Origin: Isurus oxyrinchus
Lineage: Eukaryota
Assembly (NCBI GenBank): GCA_026770705.1
Contig: JANJGN010000003.1
Coordinates: 74,214,001-74,278,000 of the forward strand
DNA length: 64,000 nucleotides
Direction: 5' to 3'
In this document: positions 1-12,841 of the stretch, one piece after another
How positions within the stretch are numbered: the stretch's first letter is position 1
Layout: each line of letters opens with the position of its first letter
Program-made: the position numbers and the translations under genes
Notes under the pieces: generated by a model
Seen by the model: the letters and a program-made list of their open reading frames with translations, nothing else
What the model was told of the DNA's origin: nothing
Database searches by the model: none

Positions 1-631
1 TTTTGCATGGGCGGGCCAATTAAGGCCCACGCATGTGATCCACACCCGGAAGTGCTGGGAAGTGCCGGGAGGGAGCGGTCCCTGAGTCGGGAGTGCACTC
101 ATTCGCTTGCACGTGCGAAAGAGTGCAGAATTCTCCACGAGATACAGAGGTGCTTCAGGGAGATTAGTTTAAAGTTTCTAAACTTTAATAAAGGAGAAAA
201 AAATCTTTACACCATGTCCACTCATGTGAAACTGTCACATGAGCTGGGATATGTGTATTAATTTAAAAAAATTTTTTTCCAAGATTTCAAAAACATTCAT
301 GAAACCTCATCCCACCCGTGGATCCATGAAAGGTTCCATGAAAAAAGCGAAGGCCGCCTGGGCACTCTGCCTGCCCACCAACCTTAAGGTTGGACGAGCA
401 GATTTCTCAGTAGGGTTAATTAGTTCATTAATGGCCTTAACAGGCCTTTGACAGTTCGGCGGGCATGCAGCCAAGTCGGCTGCATGCCCGCCGAACTGAA
501 AATCTAAGTGACACGACATGGCGCCGGGACACACGTCCAATGTCACCCCACCTCATTTTACACCTCGGTGAGCGTGCCCCGCCCCTACACACCGACGGCA
601 ATATTCTGGTCCGACGGCAATATCCTGGACC
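1..631 (-). mobile_element. PIF/Harbinger-derived MITE, left end cut by window edge
   Basis: Shares internal motifs (CATGAAACCTCATCC, CTCATGTGA..TCACATGAG, TCAGGGAGAT) with the MITE at 17546-18126 in the same orientation. Ends in a TIR-like AATATCCTGGACC, preceded by a short tandem duplication (CGACGGCAATATTCTGGTC / CGACGGCAATATCCTGGAC). Confidence 0.8.
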
Positions 632-2195
632 ATTAATGGGATCTGTATTTCCATTGTGGGTATCCTTCCTCTGAGATGCTTGGAAAAAGGGGTGTTCTGT
701 GTCTACTGGTCTTAAGGCACCCCAATCGCAGCATTCCTTTTTACGTGAAAGGCAGTATGCCAGGGTGCTCATCAGCAAGCAAACTCTGACTGGCCACACC
801 ACCAATCCGATCTGCAAGCTTTGTTGCCTTTACCTGGTAATGACTCTGGAGGGTCTGTCCCAGCGGAAAGCTAAATGTAGAGCTGTACCATTTACTGCTA
901 ACATTCACCACATGGCTGATCCAGCCAATGTCCGTAACGATCAACTGCAGTATCAAGCTTGCCATCCTTCTAGGCATGCTGCAGCTTGGACTTCTGGAGA
1001 TGGTGCTGGAGTGGCACAAAGGGTGAGCCTCAATCCTCACTGCTGCCTCAAGCAACATCACCTTGACTTCAGAAGCCAACAAACAAAGATGGTATAGCTG
1101 CTCCATCACTACCCTGCAAATTCACGCTTGCACATGGATCATTTCCATATTTATTCATTCCTATATTTTTGCCTGCGACTTCTTAGTTCTCTGTCCTTCT
1201 GTTAGAATATTTTAAAGTGGTTTAAATGGTTTGTATATCAGTGGGCTTTGCATTAATTTTTAAGCCTGAGAGCGAATCTGGAGGAAGTGGGTGGGGAGTG
1301 AATCTCGTTCTTGGTACTTGTAAAGCTAGTTGCTAGGAGATCTACATATCCAACATCAGAAACTGCTCTCACTTCTAGGACTTGACGACCATAAAATAAC
1401 TAGTGGTTTGATAACACAGTCTTACACAGATTCCTAAGTGTTACTTACTGGGTTTCCAACCAAGTTGGGGACCACAACATCAGCAGTCAGTTGAAGCCAA
1501 GTTAGGATGATGGGTTAATTTACAATTGGAAGATAACAACAGGGGAGTGTACCTGCAAACTAAAATGGTTGAATAGTATAATAGTATAAAGATAAAGCTT
1601 TGAAAGTTAAAACACTCAAGGTGGCCAGAAGTCTAATGTCATGCTGGAAAGTTAGAACTGGTCTATGCAGCCCTAGGAACAATCCAGGCCTAGAAACACG
1701 ATTGTATTACTTGCTTGTTATTTAATGTAATAGAAGGACAATATTGTTATTAGTCAATGTATTAAAGCGTGTTGCTTGAAACCATTCAGGACAGGATTAT
1801 GCATAAGTTATTGTTGCAGGACAAACAATCCTTTGTTGTGACAGTAACCATACTAGAATTTATTGGCTTCCAGCTTTCAACCTTGCAAAGGTTGCTAATG
1901 AGTTGATACTTTTTAAGTTTTTCTTAATAGTTTTAGAATTTGTGTGACCGTGCTGTGATATTTTCCTTTAATCATTACCATTCCTTTAAATTCCATTTAC
2001 ACATGATGTTTCACCTCATTACTACTATGATTCCTAAATCAGCAGTTAAAAATTCAAATAATTGTACAAATGCCCTGACCAAGAAATTTGAATTATATTC
2101 AGACATTACTATTCTAACAAAACTAGAACAAATTTGGACCTGAAAGTCGACAAAAGTCAGTCCCATTGAATAGAGCTCTTTCATTGATTTAGACC

Positions 2196-2335
2196 TGCAA
2201 TTGAACAAAAAAAGACTTGAATTTATATGGTGCCATTCATGACCACTGGATGTCCCCAAGCTCTTTACAGCCAATGAAGTATGTAAGAAGCATAGTCGTT
2301 GTTGTAATGTAGGAAATACAACAGAAATTATTTCC
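2196..2335 (-). mobile_element. 3' tail of Deu-domain/L2-tailed SINE
   Basis: CTTGAATTTATATGGTGCC..GATGTCCCCAAGCTCTTTACAGCCAAT is the reverse complement of the tail seen on + at about 49070-49170. Confidence 0.5.
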
Positions 2336-2375
2336 TTTACCACTGTGAAGCGAAAGAGAATGAATGCTATCTGTT

Positions 2376-2852
2376 CATTCCCTCCAGGACACCCTGGTCC
2401 ACTCCTCCATCACCCCCTACTCCTCAACCCCCACCTATGGCACCACCCCATGCCCATGCAAAAGATGTAACACCTGCCCCTTCACTTCCTCTCTCCTCAC
2501 CGTCCAAGGGCCCAAACACTCCTTTCAAGTGAAGCAGCATTTCACTTGCATTTCCCCCAACTTAGTCTACTGTATTCGTTGCTCCCCATGTGGTCTCCTC
2601 TACATTGGAGAGACCAAATGTAAACTGGGCGACCGCTTTGCAGAACACCTGCGGTCTGTCTGCAAGAATGACCCAAACCTCCCTGTCGCTTTTAACACTC
2701 CACCCTGCTCTCTTGCCCACATGTCTGTCCTTGGCTTGCTGCATTGCTCCAGTGAAGCCCAACGCAAACTGGAGGAACAACACCTCATCTTCCGACTAGG
2801 CACTTTACAGCCTTCCGGACTGATTATTGAATTCAACAACTTTAGGTCCTGA
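2376..2852 (+). pseudogene. Penelope GIY-YIG endonuclease C-terminal coding fragment
   Basis: PCPCKRCNTC...NLVYCIRCSPCGLLYIGETKCKLGDRFAEHLRSV...RKLEEQHLIFRLGTLQPSGLIIEF matches the hallmark Penelope endonuclease motifs. The ORF-track start Met lies in the TSD. Confidence 0.85.
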
Positions 2853-3365
2853 ACTCCCTCCTCCATCCCCACCCCCTTTCTGTTTCTTCACCACTCCTTT
2901 TGTTTTTTCTAATAAATTATATAGATTTTACTTTTCCCACCTATTTCCATTATTTTTAAATATTTTAAAATCTTTTATGCTCCCGCCACCCCCACTAGAG
3001 CTATACCTTGAGTGCCCTACCATCCATTCTTAATTAGCACATTCGTTTAGATAATATCACCAACTTCAACACCTATGTGTTCTTTTGTTCTGTTGTCTGT
3101 GACATCTTTTGATGATCTGCTTCTATCACTGCTTGCTTGTCCCTACAACCACACCGCCCCCCTCCACTTCTCTCCCCCGACCCAACCACCTCCCCACCCC
3201 CCACCCCTCCCCCAAAACACACACACACACACCAGCTTATATTTCACCCCTTCCTTGGATTCACCTAGTTCTGTTGAAGGGTGATGAGGACTCGAAACGT
3301 CAACTCTTTTCTTCTCTGCCAATGCTGCCAGACCTGCTGAGTTTTTCCAGGTAATTCTGTTTTTG
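2376..3365 (+). mobile_element. 5'-truncated Penelope-like retroelement
   Basis: GIY-YIG endonuclease ORF followed by a pyrimidine-rich 3' region ending GACCTGCTGAGTTTTTCCAGG..TTCTGTTTTT. Exact 14-bp flanking duplication GAATGCTATCTGTT at 2362-2375 and 3366-3379. Confidence 0.9.
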
Positions 3366-4569
3366 GAATGCTATCTGTTGTTCAGTTTGCTTGGACATCT
3401 TGGGACTAACATTCCTGTTATTAGCAACTATGGAATACCTGTTCACTAGATGCTAATGACAGGAATTGGGAATGGCGACTTTGAGGTCAAGACTCTACTC
3501 CATTGACTGAATGTTAGGATTTTCAACACTTCACTTGCTGGGGAATGTGGGGAGAGTGCTTGCAGCTACAACAGGCACAGACACCAAATTTCTAGCCAAC
3601 AGCACTCTTATACCTTTGCTGTAGTGCGGCTGTGTGTAGGGTTGCCCAAGAAGGCAGATCTTAGCCCTGAGATTCTTTCCAATAAGTTCCTCCACTTTAT
3701 TTTAGGAATATTCACTGTAGGATATGGAAGTAAAACAATAATTGGAGGTGTAAATAGTTGGAAGGCTTCAGGTTGCTGCCAGCAGTCAGATTCTCCCACT
3801 GCAGTTATTGTTTGTCCAGCTGCAGGCGTCTTGCAGGTCTGCAGCAGTGGTCGACTTTCCTGACCCACTGTCAAGTGAATCACCTTGTTGCGGGGTTGAC
3901 ACAAATTCTGGCTGTGAACAGACTATGAAAATAATTCAGACCATCAAATTCAAGTGCAGGACAGCACACCTTAGCAGCATGGCATCTATCCCAAGGAGTT
4001 GAGGAGGGGAAAAGCAGCAGGGAAATCTGTTCCCTCAGCTTCAGTACCAAACAAAATGATGGGAGGGATAATTTTGAACCACAGCACCCCCAAACTAACA
4101 GAGGCTATGCATCATTTAGGCACCTTTGTGGCTAAGTGAGGTTTTGGAGGGTCATAAAGCCAGAGTGGCAGGCTGAAGGGAACAAAATCTTTTGTTCAAC
4201 AAAACATGCCGAATCTACAGATGCTAACAAACCTGCTGTATATTTCCAGCATTTTCTGCTTTTAGTACATGACAGAGCCACTTTTACATGTTTCAGTCAA
4301 ATGCATTTTTAATCTCACTAAAGAAATAAGTAGGGTTTATGCCATCAACACAGGATTTTAATTCTAGTGACACCTCAGTGTCAGTATTCAAGGCAACAGT
4401 ATCACTTTCTGCAGTTACATCAATAGTTTATTATGTCAAATTTCATATAATCTTTTTCAACTCATAGCTGGTTTTAATATATGGGTTCGATATATAATGA
4501 TGCGCTTCAGTTTAATTACTTGTCAAACAAAATTAATAATTACAAATTTACATTCAGAATAGGGGTACA

Positions 4570-5012
4570 ACAGCACAGTGGTTATGTCTCTGGTAATCTA
4601 GAGGCCCCGTAATAATCCAGAGACAGGAGCTCAAATCCCACCAAGGCAGTTAGGGAATTTGAATCAGTTAATTATATAAATCTGGTATTAAAAAAAATCA
4701 AATAGTAGTAATGATGACCACAAAACCACCTGATTGTTGTAAAACACATCTGACTCACTAATATCCTTTGGGGAAAGAAAGCTGTTGTCCTTAGCTGGTA
4801 TGTCTGTATATGATTCCAGATCCACAGCAATGTCGTTGACTTGTAACTACTCTTTGAAATGGCTGAGCAAGGCACTCAGTTGCACCAAACTACTATGAAA
4901 AGCTATAGTAAGAATAAAACTGGATGGACGGCCTGGCATCGAACTATGTGCCGGATTTGAACATGACAAAGGCATACCCAGCCCAGACAACCCTGTACAG
5001 TCCTCCTCACTG
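4570..5012 (+). mobile_element. 5' end of LINE family B with tRNA-like head
   Basis: CAGCACAGTGGTTATGT..TAATCTAGAGGCCC..CTCAAATCCCACC head, running to CCCTGTACAGTCCTCCTCACT. Colinear with the minus-strand copy at 28920-29340. Confidence 0.65.
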
Positions 5013-7550
5013 AATTCCCTAGGTTCTGGAAAGGTTCTGGAAAACTACAAATGTAACACCACTATTCAAGAAAGGAGGGAGACAGAAAACAAGAACTATG
5101 AACAGCATTTTATCCATGGTGCGCCAGTGGAACCGGAAACAGGTGACACTCCCCTTTTGCCAATTCCTATGCAATTCTAATTAAAATTTAAAGTGCTGGT
5201 GGTGGGAATGGGAGGCACGTGTGATCACACGTTGGGAGAAACTTTTCATTGGCAAAACGTGCCATAAGCTGGGCATGGGCAGGCTATAAAAGACAAAGAG
5301 GGAGGCTCTGCATCATGGCCATCATTTTCCTACCAAAAGCCAGCATCCATCTTTTACGATGCCTTCCCTGGATGGCTGCACCCTGACCAGCCTCACTCTC
5401 TGGCACTGCCTGCTGCTGTCATTGCGGTCTCTGTTGTTGACTGGCAAAAGCCTTCCTTTGTTGCATCCTGTCCTCCTGCTCCCAAGGTTTCAGGAATATT
5501 GGATGTATGAGGCCCATAGGTATTCCAGCAATTGAATTGTGTGAAGAAGCCAGAGGGTGAGATGAGAACATGTGTGTCCGTGGATTTCACCCACAGAACT
5601 GATGAACAGTGAGATTTTCAACTCCTTCCATTATCCACAACCAATGCTCCAACCGCTCCACACTGGGCTCCTCCCACTTTGATCTCCAATCCTGGCACCA
5701 CATGTGCTTTTGGTGACATTGCAAACATGATCATTGTAAGGTTTGTGCTAGAACCTGTTACCCTTTACCCTCTTCCTGTCATGTTCATGTTTGTCCCTAT
5801 CACCCTTGATCCTCCCAACATCATGCTGCGCATTCCCTCTATAACCCTTTAACCTCCCACCATTACCGTGGATCCTGTCACCATCCAATTGTAAATGCCA
5901 TCTCTCCCCACTGAGCCTACACCCGCCCCTGTCAACATTCCCCCTCAGATCCTATACCCTTTCTGCTTTGTCCTTCGAGTTTTTGTTAGATCCCGTGACT
6001 CGCCCTATGAGACCTTCAAATATCCAAACCTCAGACTGGACCTCCCTACTAATTTGACTCCCGCCTGTGATGGTGAACATTCCCTCTGAGGGCGAAAACA
6101 GTCTGAGGTGGACACACATGTGGACAGTACTGCCTCCACCCTGTTTGCCCCTCATTTTCTCACCTTGACTGACAGTCTGCATCAACCCCAAGCCCCACAC
6201 ACCCAGGAGCTGCCATTGTCCTGCTCCCATCCCTTGTGCCGCAGAGTTCAACAAAGAAAACTGCTCACCTCAGATACAACTGCACAAAGTCAACTAGTGC
6301 ACACTACCTTTAAGCGCATGTGAACCAGGTGCCACAAGATGCTCGCGCACCGCTGAATTAATCTTGAAGGTAGAGCCTAATCACAAAAGTTTTTAATATA
6401 ATCAGCATTCACAGCATGCAAATCTATTACAAGTAAGAACCCAACAAAGGATGACTTGAGGTCCAGCCCACCAATGCCACACCGCTGACTTAATCTCTGA
6501 ACCCACCTTTGGGAAACAGAAATTTTGGATCCCGCTTAATTAAGCCTATCATGTTTCCTGTTCTTACCGGCCCCAAAAAATTCTACCCCCACAGGCCTGC
6601 AAATCTACCATCTGTCATTGGGAAAATGTTACAATCAATTATTAAGGAGGCAGGTCATTCAGAAAATCAGAATACAATCAGGCAGAGACAAGGGAAATTA
6701 TGTTTGGCAAATTTATTAGAATTCCTTGAGCCTGTCATAACAGGCTGGATAAAAGGGAACCAGAGGATGTGGTATATTTGTATTTCCAAAAGGTATTCCA
6801 TAAGGTGTCACAGGAAGGATTACTGCTCAGGATAAGAGCTCATGGTGTTGGGGGTGATACATTATCATGAATAGAGGTTTGGTTAATTGACAGGAAAGAG
6901 AGAGTTCGGATAAACGGGTCATTTTTGGGTTGGCAAACTGAAGCTAGTGGAGTGCTACAGGGATCAGTCCTGGGGCTTCAAATATTTACAATCTTATTAA
7001 TGACTTGGATGAAGGAACACAACTGTATTGTAACAAAATTTGCTGACCAAACATAGATAGGTAGGAAAGCAAGTTGTGAAGAGGATACAAAAAGTCTGCA
7101 AAGGGATATAGACAGGCTAAATGAGTGTGCAAAAATTTGGCAGGTGGAGGGAACTGTGGGAAAATGAGAAGTTGTCCACTTTGGCAAGGAGAATAGAAAA
7201 GCATAATATTAATTAATTGGAGAGAGGTGACAGAATGCTGCAGTACTGAGGGATTGGGGTATCCTTGAATGTGAATCACAAAATGTTAGCATGTAGGTAT
7301 AGCAATTAGTTAGAGAGGCAAATGGAAGGTTGTCTATTATTGCAAGAAGATTGGAGTATAAAAGTAGGAAAGTCTTGTTACAGCTGTACAAGTTGAGTTA
7401 TACAGATTTTTGATCAACAAGGGAGTTAATGGTTATGGAGGACAGGCAGGAAAGTGGAGCTAGTACCACAATCAGATCAGTCATGATCTTATTCAATGTG
7501 CAGGCTTGGTGGACCAAATGACTCCTATTTCTTATGATCTTTGAATACTT
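5013..7550 (+). mobile_element. CR1 LINE ORF2 (RT) and 3' fragment, split by a Harbinger-type element
   Basis: Decayed CR1 RT motifs: NVTPLFKKGGRQK before 5100, resuming RPANLPSVIGKMLQSIIK after 6590, then GVLQGSVLG and KFAD. CR1-type 3' tail near 7500-7550. Confidence 0.85.
5100..6589. mobile_element. Non-autonomous Harbinger-type DNA transposon (about 1.5 kb) carrying a cryptic Pro-rich ORF remnant
   Basis: TIR-like ends GAACAGCATTTT and AAAATTCTACCC(C). Interrupts the CR1 RT at AACTAC|AGGCC with a degenerate 3-bp TSD (TAT/CAC). Confidence 0.7.
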
Positions 7551-7564
7551 TTTCTCCGAACCAG

Positions 7565-8285
7565 CCAATCCTATAGCCAAGGTGTTTCAGTACAGCTGAA
7601 ACACTGGCAACTACGCAACAAAGTGGAAAATTGGCTTGCTAGACCTGTCAGAAAAAGCAGGAAAATCCAATCCAACCAATTACCTTAGTCTACTCTTGAT
7701 CATCAGCAAAGTGAGACACTTACTCACCAATAACTTGCTCAAAGATCCTCAGGTTAGGTTCCACCAGGACTCAGCTCCAGAGCTTTGGTCCAAATATGGA
7801 CAAAAGAGCCGAATTCCAGAAGTGAGTTTAAGTGACTGCCCTTGACACCAAGTCAGCATTTGACCCAGTGTGACATCAAGAAGAAGTCCGAGTGAAATAA
7901 AAGTCGATGGGAATCAGTGGGAAAACTTTCCACTGGTTGGAGTCATACCTAGCACAAAGGAAGATGGTTGTGGTTGTAAGTGGCTAAACATCTCAGCTCC
8001 AAGACATCACTTCAGGAGTTCACCAGAACAGTGTCCTAGGCCCAATCATCTTCAACTACTTAATCAATGACCTTCCCTGTAGCATAAAATGAGAAGTGAG
8101 GTTGTTCACTGATGATTGCATAGTATTCAGTACCATTTGCACTCCTCAGATATGGACAACATTCAGGTTTGGGCTCATCGGTGACAAGTAACATTCATGA
8201 CAGACAAGTGCTGGCCACTTCCAATGAAAGAGTCTAATCACCTCCCCCTGATATTCAATGTCAATGCCATTGTCGAACCTCCCAG
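7565..8285 (+). mobile_element. LINE family B RT fragment
   Basis: Homologous to 25680-26490 and 54420-55260 (AKLFQYS, WKIA, KSNPxNY, QGSVLGP-like motifs). Confidence 0.8.
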
Positions 8286-9710
8286 GCACTTGAGTCGATC
8301 TCGCTCGCTAACTGGTTTTCCATTTTAGATACTGGTGATATCGATGGTTCCTCGGAGGCATGCAGTAAAAGCCAACTCTGTGACACCATGGATAGCTCAG
8401 CTACACAGGGGAGGAATAAGAAGAGTGGAAGAGCAATAGTGATGGGGATTCAGTAGTTAGGGAAACACGACAAGCGTTTCTGTGGCCATAGCCATGACTT
8501 CAGGATGGTCAGTTGCCTCTCTGGTGCCAGGGTCAAGAGTGTCACATTCTTCTGGGGGATGGTGGACAGCCAACAGTCATGATCCACATTGATACCAATG
8601 ACATCGGTAGAAAGATGGATGAGGTCCGACAGACATAATTTAGGGAGTTAGGAAATAAATTTAAAAGCAGAACCTCAAAAGCAATAATCTCAGGATTATT
8701 CCCAATGCCATGTGCTATTGGGCACATGAATAGAATGATTGAGCGATTGAACACATACTGGAGAGTTAGGAGGGAGGGAATCAGATTTCTGAGGCATTAA
8801 GACCGGTTCTGAGGCAAGTGGGGCCTGTACAAGATGGACGGGTTTACCTTAGCAGGACTGGGACTAACATCCTGACAGAGAGGTCTGCTAGTGTTGCTGG
8901 AGAGGGTTTAACTGAGATTGGCAGGGAGATGGGAACTGAGAGGGAGCTCATATGGGAGAGAGACAAAACTGGTATGCAGAAGTAGAAAAGTAGTTAGCAA
9001 AATTAGGAGGCAAATGAAGTGAAGGCAAACATCAAATAGGGCCAGAATGCAGAATAATGTTAAAATGACAAAGTTAAGAGAACTCTACTTGAATGCATGC
9101 AACATTTTCAACAAGGTAATGGTTTGAAGGTGAAAATAGAGGTAAATTGGTATGATTTAATTGCCATTATGGAGATGTGGTTACAAGGTGGCCGGAACTA
9201 GGAACTGAATATTCAAGGATAGTCATCATTTCAGAAATATATGCAAAAAGGAAAAGTGGGTGGGGTAGCGCTGTTAATATGGGGCGAGATCAATACATTA
9301 GTGAGAGAGGATCCTAGATCGAAGGATCAAGATGTAGAATCAGTTTGGGTGGAACTAAGAAACAGCAAGGGGTAGCAAACAATGGTGGGGGTTGTTTAAA
9401 GGCCACCAAACTGCAGGGGTAATGTTGAGCACAGTATAAATCAGGAAATTAGAGCTGCATACAATATGGGTAATACAGTAATAATGGGGCAACTTCAATT
9501 TAGATGTAGACTGGGTAAACCTAATTAGCTGTGGAGGATGAATTCCTGGAGCATGTACATGTTGGATTTCTGGAGCATTATGTTGAAGAACTAACTAGGG
9601 ATTGGGCTATGTTTGATTTAGTATTATGTAATGGGAAAGGGCTAATTAATAACCTTGCTGTAAAGGAACATTTAGGAAACAGTGACCATAATATGATCAA
9701 ATTTTACATT

Positions 9711-10336
9711 TGGCAGAATCTTCGGCTCAGACAGCGGGGGCGAGGCCCGCTCAACTAGGTGTAAAATGACGCACAGTGTTGACGGGCATGAGTCCCGACG
9801 TCACCGCGCGTCATTCAGATGTTCAGTTTGGCGGGCACGCACCCAAGTTGGCTGCACGCCCGCTGAACTGTCAAAGGCCTATTAAAGCCAGTTAACTTTC
9901 AATTAAAACAATAAACTGGGCGGGATGAGGTTTCATTAAGGTTTTCAAAGGTTTGAAAAAGTTTTAAATAAAATTCATGGTCATGTCCCAGCTCATGTGA
10001 CAGTTTCACATGAGGGGATATATCCTAAACATTTTTCTTCCTTTATTAGCATTTTTTAAACTTAAACTAATCTCCCTGAGGCAGCTCTGTGCCTCAGGGA
10101 GATTTCTGCATTCTTTCACACACATGCATGAAAGAGCACAGGCCCCAACTCAGGCAACCAATCCCCAGCCCGCATAGGGAGTGCTCAGCGCTTCTGGGTG
10201 CGCATCACGCTAGGTGGGCCTTAATTGGCCCGCCCACATAAAATGGTGGTGCTCAGACGATTGTGGAGCTGATCGGCTGCACACATGCCTGCACCCGCTC
10301 CTGCACAATCCCCCCGACAGGAAGAAGATTCTCCCC
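9711..10336 (+). mobile_element. Harbinger MITE inserted in CR1 ORF2
   Basis: TIRs TGGCAGAATCTT / AAGATTCTCCCC. TSD ATT at 9708-9710 and 10337-10339. CR1 reads TTTTACATT-AAGTTTGAAAG across the site. Confidence 0.9.
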
Positions 10337-12183
10337 ATTAAGTTTGAAAGTGATATAGCTAGGATTTTAAATCTGATCAAAGGGAACTATGAAAGTATGA
10401 GGGGCAAGATGGCCATGGTGGATTGGGAAATTTGATGGGAGATAGGCAATGGCTAGCATACATTCCTCTAAGACATAAAAAGCCCACAGTGATGGAATGA
10501 ACCATGGCTAGCAAAAGAAATTAAAGATTGCATCAGATGAAAGGAAGTGGTTTATAATGTTACCAGAAACAGGGGCAAGCCTGAGGATTGGAGCAATTTA
10601 GAATCTAGCAAAGGAGAACCAAGAAACTGATAAAGAAAGGGAAAAGAGAATATGAATGCAAGCTAGAGAGAAACATCAAGGTGGACTGTAAAAGCTTCTT
10701 GAGATATGTGAAAAGGAAAAGATTAGCAAGGACAAACGTGGGTTCATTACTGGCAGAGACAGCAGAATTTATAATGGAGAATAGGGAAATAGCAGAGAAG
10801 GGAAATAGCAGAGAAGCCAAACAATTACTTTGTGTGTATGTTTTCACAGAGAAAGATACAGAAAATCTCCCAGAAATACTAGGGAACCAAGGTGCATTTG
10901 GAAATGAGGAACTGAAAGAAATTAGTACTAATAAAGAGGTAGCACTCAAACAATTCATTGGATTGAAGTTTGGTAGATCCCCTGGACATGATCAGCTACA
11001 ACCCAAAGTGTTGAAGGAGATGGCTAAAGAAGGTGGATAATCAATACATTGGTGGCTTACTTTCAAAATTCTGTAGATTCTGGAAAGATTCCTGCAGACT
11101 GGAAAGTAGAAAATGTAACCCCACTATTTAAGAAGACAGGGAGAGAGAAAATGCAGAACTACAGACCTATTAGTTTGATGTCAACAGTTGGGAAAATGTT
11201 AGAATCTATTATAAAGGATGTGATAGCTAGACACTTAGAAAATAATGAAATGATTGGGCAGATTCAACATAGATTTATGAAATGAAAATCATGTTTGACA
11301 AACCTGTTGGAGTTTTTTGACAATGCTACTTGTAGCATAGATGAAGGAGAACTAGTGGGCATGGTGTATTTGGATTTTCGGAAGGTTTTTGATAAGATCC
11401 CACACAGGAGGTTTGTAAACAAAATTTGATTGCATGGGGTTGGGGATAATATACTGGTATGCATTGAGAATTGGCCGCCAGACAGAAAACAGACAGGGGT
11501 CATTCTCAGGATAATAGGTTCTTACTAGTGGGGTACTGCGAGGGTCAGTACTGGGGCTACAGCCGTTCAAAATCTACATAAAAGATTTAGATGAGGGGAT
11601 CAAATGTAATATTTCCAAATTTGCCAATGACATAAAACTAGGTGGAAAGTTGTGAGGAGGATGCAAGGAGGCTTCAACGGGTCTTGGGCAGGCTAAGTGA
11701 ATGGGCTAGAACATGGCAGATGGAATCTAATATGACTAAGTGTGAAGTTGTGCACCTTGGTAGGTAAAACAGAAATGTTATATTTCTCAAATGATGAGAG
11801 GTTGGGAAGTGTTGATGTCCAAATGGACCTGGGCATCCTTGTTCATGAGTCACTAAAAGCGGGCATGTGCAGCAAGCAATTAGGAAGGCAAATGGTAAGT
11901 TGGCCTTCATCGCAAGGTGTCTTGCTGCAATACCATACAGCGTTGGTGAGACTGTACCTAGAGTATTGTGTACAGTTTTGGTCTCCTTATCTAAGGAAGG
12001 ATACTTGCCGTAGATGGAGTGCAACAGAAGTTCACCACACTAGTCCCTGGGATGACAGGATTGTCCTGTGAAGAGTGACTGAGGAAACTGGGTCTGTTGT
12101 CTCTAGAGTTTTGAGGAATGAGAGGTGATCTCACTGAAACTTACAAAATTCTTACAGGGCGTGACAGGGGAGATGTAGATAGG

Positions 12184-12841
12184 GAACAGAATTTTTTGCT
12201 CGGTATGTGGGTGCACGCCCAACACACACAAGCGTGGAATAGTGCATGATGATGTCGCGCATCGCGCACTCATGCGATATTTTGAGAGTCGGCAGCGTGC
12301 CTGTCGACCATGAAGAGGCCTATTAAGGTTATTAAAGTATCAATTAACGGGGAATTTTCGCTGCTCATCCAACCTTATGGTTGGCGGGCGGATGAATCAG
12401 CCAGACAGCCTTTGCATTTTTCAGGAAACCTCATCCAAGGGCAGGATGAGGTTTCTGTGATTAAATTTTTTAAAAATAAAAATATATGTACAGAATTTTT
12501 ATAACATCCACGCACAGGTGACTCATTCTGATGCGTGCACATATTTACAGATTTTAAACTGTGTTTTTATTAATTTTAAATTCCTAAGCTCCCTGAGCAC
12601 TCTGCCTTCAGAGAGCTTTCCTTCAGCACTCTCCCGCACCCACACTGACTTTAGCGCCTGCCCTCTTCCCATCTCCACCCCGGCAGCGCTGAGCCTTTCA
12701 GCGCGCCTTTCACACTGGCTGGCCATTATGTGGCCAGCCAGCATGAAATCGTGGTTGGGGCCGATCGCGGGCAGCGGTCCATTACCTGGCTGTTCCCGGG
12801 CCTGCTGATTGTGGCTGACCACTGACCCAAAAATTCTACCC
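12184..12841 (+). mobile_element. Harbinger MITE inserted in CR1 3' region
   Basis: TIRs GAACAGAATTTT / AAAATTCTACCC. TSD AGG/AGC. Confidence 0.85.

Noticed and set aside
699-1113. Overlapping 132-aa and 122-aa ORFs; possible minus-strand exon 834-1113
   Set aside because: No recognisable protein, a weak polypyrimidine tract and no partner exon.
3608-3904. Minus-strand ORF ending at a donor-like AAG|GTATAA
   Set aside because: Weak donor and an unrecognised peptide, so it cannot be supported without RNA data.
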